From NCBI GenBank assembly GCA_964550455.1, contig CAZJZG010000005.1:15008-79007 (forward strand): a stretch of 64,000 nt of DNA. Direction: 5' to 3'. This stretch comes from an uncultured Bacteroidales bacterium (GTDB lineage: Bacteria; Bacteroidota; Bacteroidia; Bacteroidales; JAAYJT01). The first letter of the stretch is position 1. Each line of letters begins with the position of its first letter. This document shows, one piece after another, positions 61,003 through 64,000 of the stretch. The translations under genes and the position numbers were made by a program. The notes beneath the pieces were generated by a model. It had not been told where the DNA came from. It made no database searches and saw only the letters and a list, made by a program, of their open reading frames with translations.

Positions 61003-61277
61003 ATAATCAATTGCTGCCGGCATTAGTTTGGGCTAAAGCCCATGCTTTGGGTTAGTTGCATTTTAAAAACGGACTAAAGTCCGTTCCTATTCAAAATGAT
61101 TTAATAATCAATTGCCACCGGCTTTAGCCGGCGGGATATGTAAGTGGAGAAAACAAACTGGCTTTAGCCAAAATAGTTTAGAAATGCAGAATATTAACAG
61201 TCAATATATTTGGGCTAAAGCCCATGGTTTGAGGTAGTTTCATTTTATAAACGGACTAAAGTCCGTTCCTATTCATA
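61003..61277. repeat. composite hairpin-rich interspersed repeat block, copy B (inverted relative to copy A)
   Basis: This is the reverse complement of 52483-52779. By eye I count about 10 differences over the first ~148 nt and about 7 over the last ~70 nt; the central ~35-45 nt have diverged. It contains TTTGGGCTAAAGCCCATG (x2), AACGGACTAAAGTCCGTTCCTATTCA (x2), CCGGCTTTAGCCGG and TGGCTTTAGCCA hairpins. Confidence 0.85.
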
Positions 61278-61285
61278 GCATTTTC

Positions 61286-61499
61286 TCCCGAATCATTCGG
61301 GATCTCCCGAGTCATTCGGGATCCATTTGTTATTTCGCCCCTACAGGGCTTGGGGTTGGAGTTTCTCCTATTTTCTACAAACATATCATCCCGTAAGGGT
61401 CGTTGACCCTAAGGGATTTTGCACTTTGAAGGATTATTACCTCGGGCGCTGAGGCTCTCGAAGCGCCTGATTATTTCATCCCGTAAGTCCCTTCGGGAT
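61286..61499. repeat. cluster of short palindromic (hairpin) modules
   Basis: There is a tandem 19-nt period with TCCCGAATCATTCGGGA (61286-61302) and TCCCGAGTCATTCGGGA (61305-61321). ATCCCGTAAGGGTC-gtt-GACCCTAAGGGAT lies at 61388-61417 and GGCGCT-n11-AGCGCC at 61445-61467. ATCCCG-n10-CGGGAT lies at 61478-61499. TCATCCCGTAAG and GGGTTGGA each occur twice. Confidence 0.7.
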
Positions 61500-61609
61500 T
61501 TAGGGTTGGAAATTGTCCGGTTTTATACCAATTACATTAAGTTTTTGTTGTATTGCATATTCCGGTATCAGTTCCGATAGGTCAATGGCATATTTTAATA
61601 TTCAGTTTT

Positions 61610-62512
61610 TCAGCATTTTGAATCATATTCAGTTTCAATGATCTTTCTTTCTAACTGAATTGTAGTATGACTTATCCCAAACTTATTTTTAAGCTCTTTC
61701 TGAAGTTCCTGAATAAATTTATCTTTTTGGTCCTCAGGGGTAACAATATGCACTGTTAATGCCACCTGGGTTGTACTCAAAGCCCATACATGCAGATCGT
61801 GAATATTTTCAACCCCTTTCCTGTTCAGCAAATAATTTCTTATCTGCTCAATATCAATGTGTCTGGGCACGGCATCCAAAGCAAGGTTAATCGCATCAAC
61901 AAATAAACCCCATGTTCCCCACAGGATTACAAGAATAATTATAAAACTTGTTACCGGATCAATCCAAAGTTTTCCGGTAATGTTTATTAAAATGCCTGCT
62001 ACCACAACTCCAAGCGAAACACCGGCATCGGCAGCCATGTGCATAAAAGCGCCTTTGATATTTAGATCATGTTTTTGCCCCCCGATAAACAGCAAAGCTG
62101 TGAATGTGTTGATAACCACGCCAATAGCGGCAACTATAATAACTTGAGTTCCTCCTACAGGTTCGGGTTCAAGTAGTTTATAAACAGCATCACGTGCAAT
62201 AAAAGCTACTGCGCCAAAAAGCAGTAAAGCATTAAGTAATGAAACCAGTATAGTTGTTTTACGAAGTCCGTAAGTATATTTTCCCTTAGGTTTTAATGTT
62301 GACATCCATGCGGCTGCCCATGCAAAAGCCAATCCAAATACATCGCTGGCATTATGACCTGCATCAGCTAATAAAGCTGATGAATTGGCTATAAAACCAT
62401 AAATGACTTCTACAATAACGTATAAAATATTCAAGCTTATGCCAATGGCAAAAGCTTTACGATATTTCAGAGGATGAACATCGGTATGATCGTGCTTATG
62501 AGTATGAGCCAT
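61610..62512 (-). CDS. cation diffusion facilitator family transporter (CzcD-like)
   Basis: 300 aa. It has a His-rich N-terminus MAHTHKHDH, 6 TM helices with LLADAGHNASD and HMAADAGVS metal-site motifs, and a C-terminal cytoplasmic domain with HDLHVW. Confidence 0.85.
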   Translation of the reverse strand: MAHTHKHDHTDVHPLKYRKAFAIGISLNILYVIVEVIYGFIANSSALLADAGHNASDVFGLAFAWAAAWMSTLKPKGKYTYGLRKTTILVSLLNALLLFGAVAFIARDAVYKLLEPEPVGGTQVIIVAAIGVVINTFTALLFIGGQKHDLNIKGAFMHMAADAGVSLGVVVAGILINITGKLWIDPVTSFIIILVILWGTWGLFVDAINLALDAVPRHIDIEQIRNYLLNRKGVENIHDLHVWALSTTQVALTVHIVTPEDQKDKFIQELQKELKNKFGISHTTIQLERKIIETEYDSKC

Positions 62513-62823
62513 GCTTAATTATTTTGCGTATTCCAATATATCACATGTCTAATACCGATTGGAAAAATATAACAGACCAATTATCGCTCCACTCAATTGT
62601 TCTTAATGTTTTAACCACCGGCATTAGCGATTGTAATTTACAAAACAGCCTGGACTATTTTGTAAATACAATTCGTATAACCTGAATAATCCAAACATCA
62701 GGATAATAATTATATCATAACCCGAAACCTGCATTTGATAAAAAATATTTAAGCAAGCCCGGTATATGATAAAACATATTTCAAGCTGCTAAATGAAAAC
62801 TCAGGATCGTGATACTTATATTA

Positions 62824-63654
62824 TCACATTTTATCAATAAATGTTTTCATTTCCTGCTGAATTTCTTCTGCTTCTTTTCTTGCCTCATCAGCAAAGCCTT
62901 CATTATCAGAAGCATAAATAATGCTCCTTGAAGCATTAATTATTAAACCCACGTCAGAATTTAAACCATAACGGATCACTTCAGCCAGGCTTCCACCCTG
63001 AGCTCCAATACCCGGAACAAGTAAAAAATGGTCGGGAATTATCTTTCTGATCTCTGCAAGCATAGGTGCCTGAGTTGCTCCTACAACAAACATGGTATTA
63101 TCATTGCTTCCCCATGAAGCGGTGGTTCTTAAAACTTCTTCAAAGAGCTTTCTGTTATTTTCCAGTATCTGGAGCTGAAAATCCTCAGCCCCCTTGTTTG
63201 AGGTAAGTGCAAGTACAATAGCCCATTTCCCGGCATATTGCAAAAATGGTTTTACTGAGTCGGAACCCATATAGGGGGCAACCGTAATAGCATCAAATCC
63301 AAAACCTTTTTTATCATCGAGAAAAGCCTTTGCATATTGAAGTGATGTATTGCCAATATCTCCCCGCTTAGCATCGGCAATGGTAAAAATCTCAGGGTAA
63401 TTATTTCTGAGATAATCTATTGTCTTTGACAAACTTTGCCATCCTTTAATACCTTGACTTTCATAAAAAGCAAGGTTTGGTTTATATGCAATGCAAAGAT
63501 GGGAAGTAGCATCAATTATCTGTTTGTTAAACTCAAAAACCGGATCATCGGATTTGAGCAGATGTACAGGGATTTTTTCAATATCGCTATCTAATCCAAT
63601 ACACAGAAAAGACTGTTTACGTCTGATTTCGCTGATCAATTCATCTTTTGTCAT
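62824..63654 (-). CDS. pyrF: orotidine-5'-phosphate decarboxylase (type 2, long form)
   Basis: 276 aa. Motifs include [31 protein letters not shown] and [10 protein letters not shown]. Confidence 0.9.
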   Translation of the reverse strand: MTKDELISEIRRKQSFLCIGLDSDIEKIPVHLLKSDDPVFEFNKQIIDATSHLCIAYKPNLAFYESQGIKGWQSLSKTIDYLRNNYPEIFTIADAKRGDIGNTSLQYAKAFLDDKKGFGFDAITVAPYMGSDSVKPFLQYAGKWAIVLALTSNKGAEDFQLQILENNRKLFEEVLRTTASWGSNDNTMFVVGATQAPMLAEIRKIIPDHFLLVPGIGAQGGSLAEVIRYGLNSDVGLIINASRSIIYASDNEGFADEARKEAEEIQQEMKTFIDKM

Positions 63655-63731
63655 AAATATTATGGTTCCCTAAAAGTTAAGGTTTTAATTTTTAGACAGG
63701 TAATAGTCTGTTTCTTAATTTCAAACAAGTT

Positions 63732-64000
63732 TTAACCGTTAACGGCTTCTTTCATTTTTTCTGCATTTTCTGCAAGTTGCAGGGCATCAATCATATCCTG
63801 AATATCACCATCCATAAACGATGGCAGATTATAAACTGACAAACCTATTCTATGATCGGTTACCCGCCCCTGCGGATAATTATAAGTGCGTATTTTAGCC
63901 GAGCGGTCGCCTGTACTTACCATAGTTCGCCGTTTTGAGCTTATCTCATCAATATATTTCTGATGCTCCTTCTCAAAAATACGTGAACGTAGTACTGATA
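63732..64000 (-). CDS. prfA: peptide chain release factor 1, C-terminal part only (5' end beyond window)
   Basis: The frame stays open to the window edge. My translation is ...[58 protein letters not shown]. The GDRS[18 protein letters not shown] block is RF1-specific. Confidence 0.85.
   Translation of the reverse strand, partial: SVLRSRIFEKEHQKYIDEISSKRRTMVSTGDRSAKIRTYNYPQGRVTDHRIGLSVYNLPSFMDGDIQDMIDALQLAENAEKMKEAVNG

Overview
AT-rich chromosomal segment that looks like Bacteroidota. Supporting signs are a T9SS C-terminal sorting domain, parA-parB-DUF5683-dapB-lepB synteny, TAnnTTTG promoter boxes and a Rho with a long N-terminal insertion. It holds about 55 protein genes, nearly all housekeeping: glycogen/starch enzymes (glgB, a secreted GH13), envelope/LPS genes (lpxB, GT9, O-antigen ligase, flippase, rfbC), tRNA/translation genes (miaA, tsaC, CCA enzyme, rpmE2, rplS, prfA), parAB, rho, lon, a znuACB-like metal uptake operon, ispG, lpdA and pyrF. 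The one accessory island is a complete type II-C CRISPR-Cas9 locus at 40.17-47.33 kb. It consists of a predicted tracrRNA transcribed divergently just upstream of cas9, cas9 (1234 aa), cas1, cas2, a bidirectional terminator, and an array of 26 x 46-nt repeats with 25 spacers. tracrRNA complementarity places the crRNA strand on minus (towards cas2), and every intact repeat carries a perfect Bacteroidetes-type -7 promoter box. The second notable structure is a pair of ~250-300 bp hairpin-rich composite repeat blocks in inverted orientation (52.48-52.78 kb and 61.00-61.28 kb). They bracket an 8.2 kb housekeeping block and are followed by more palindromic modules (61.29-61.50 kb). I recognised no rRNA or tRNA genes, transposases or integrases. 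Database novelty cannot be judged without searches.
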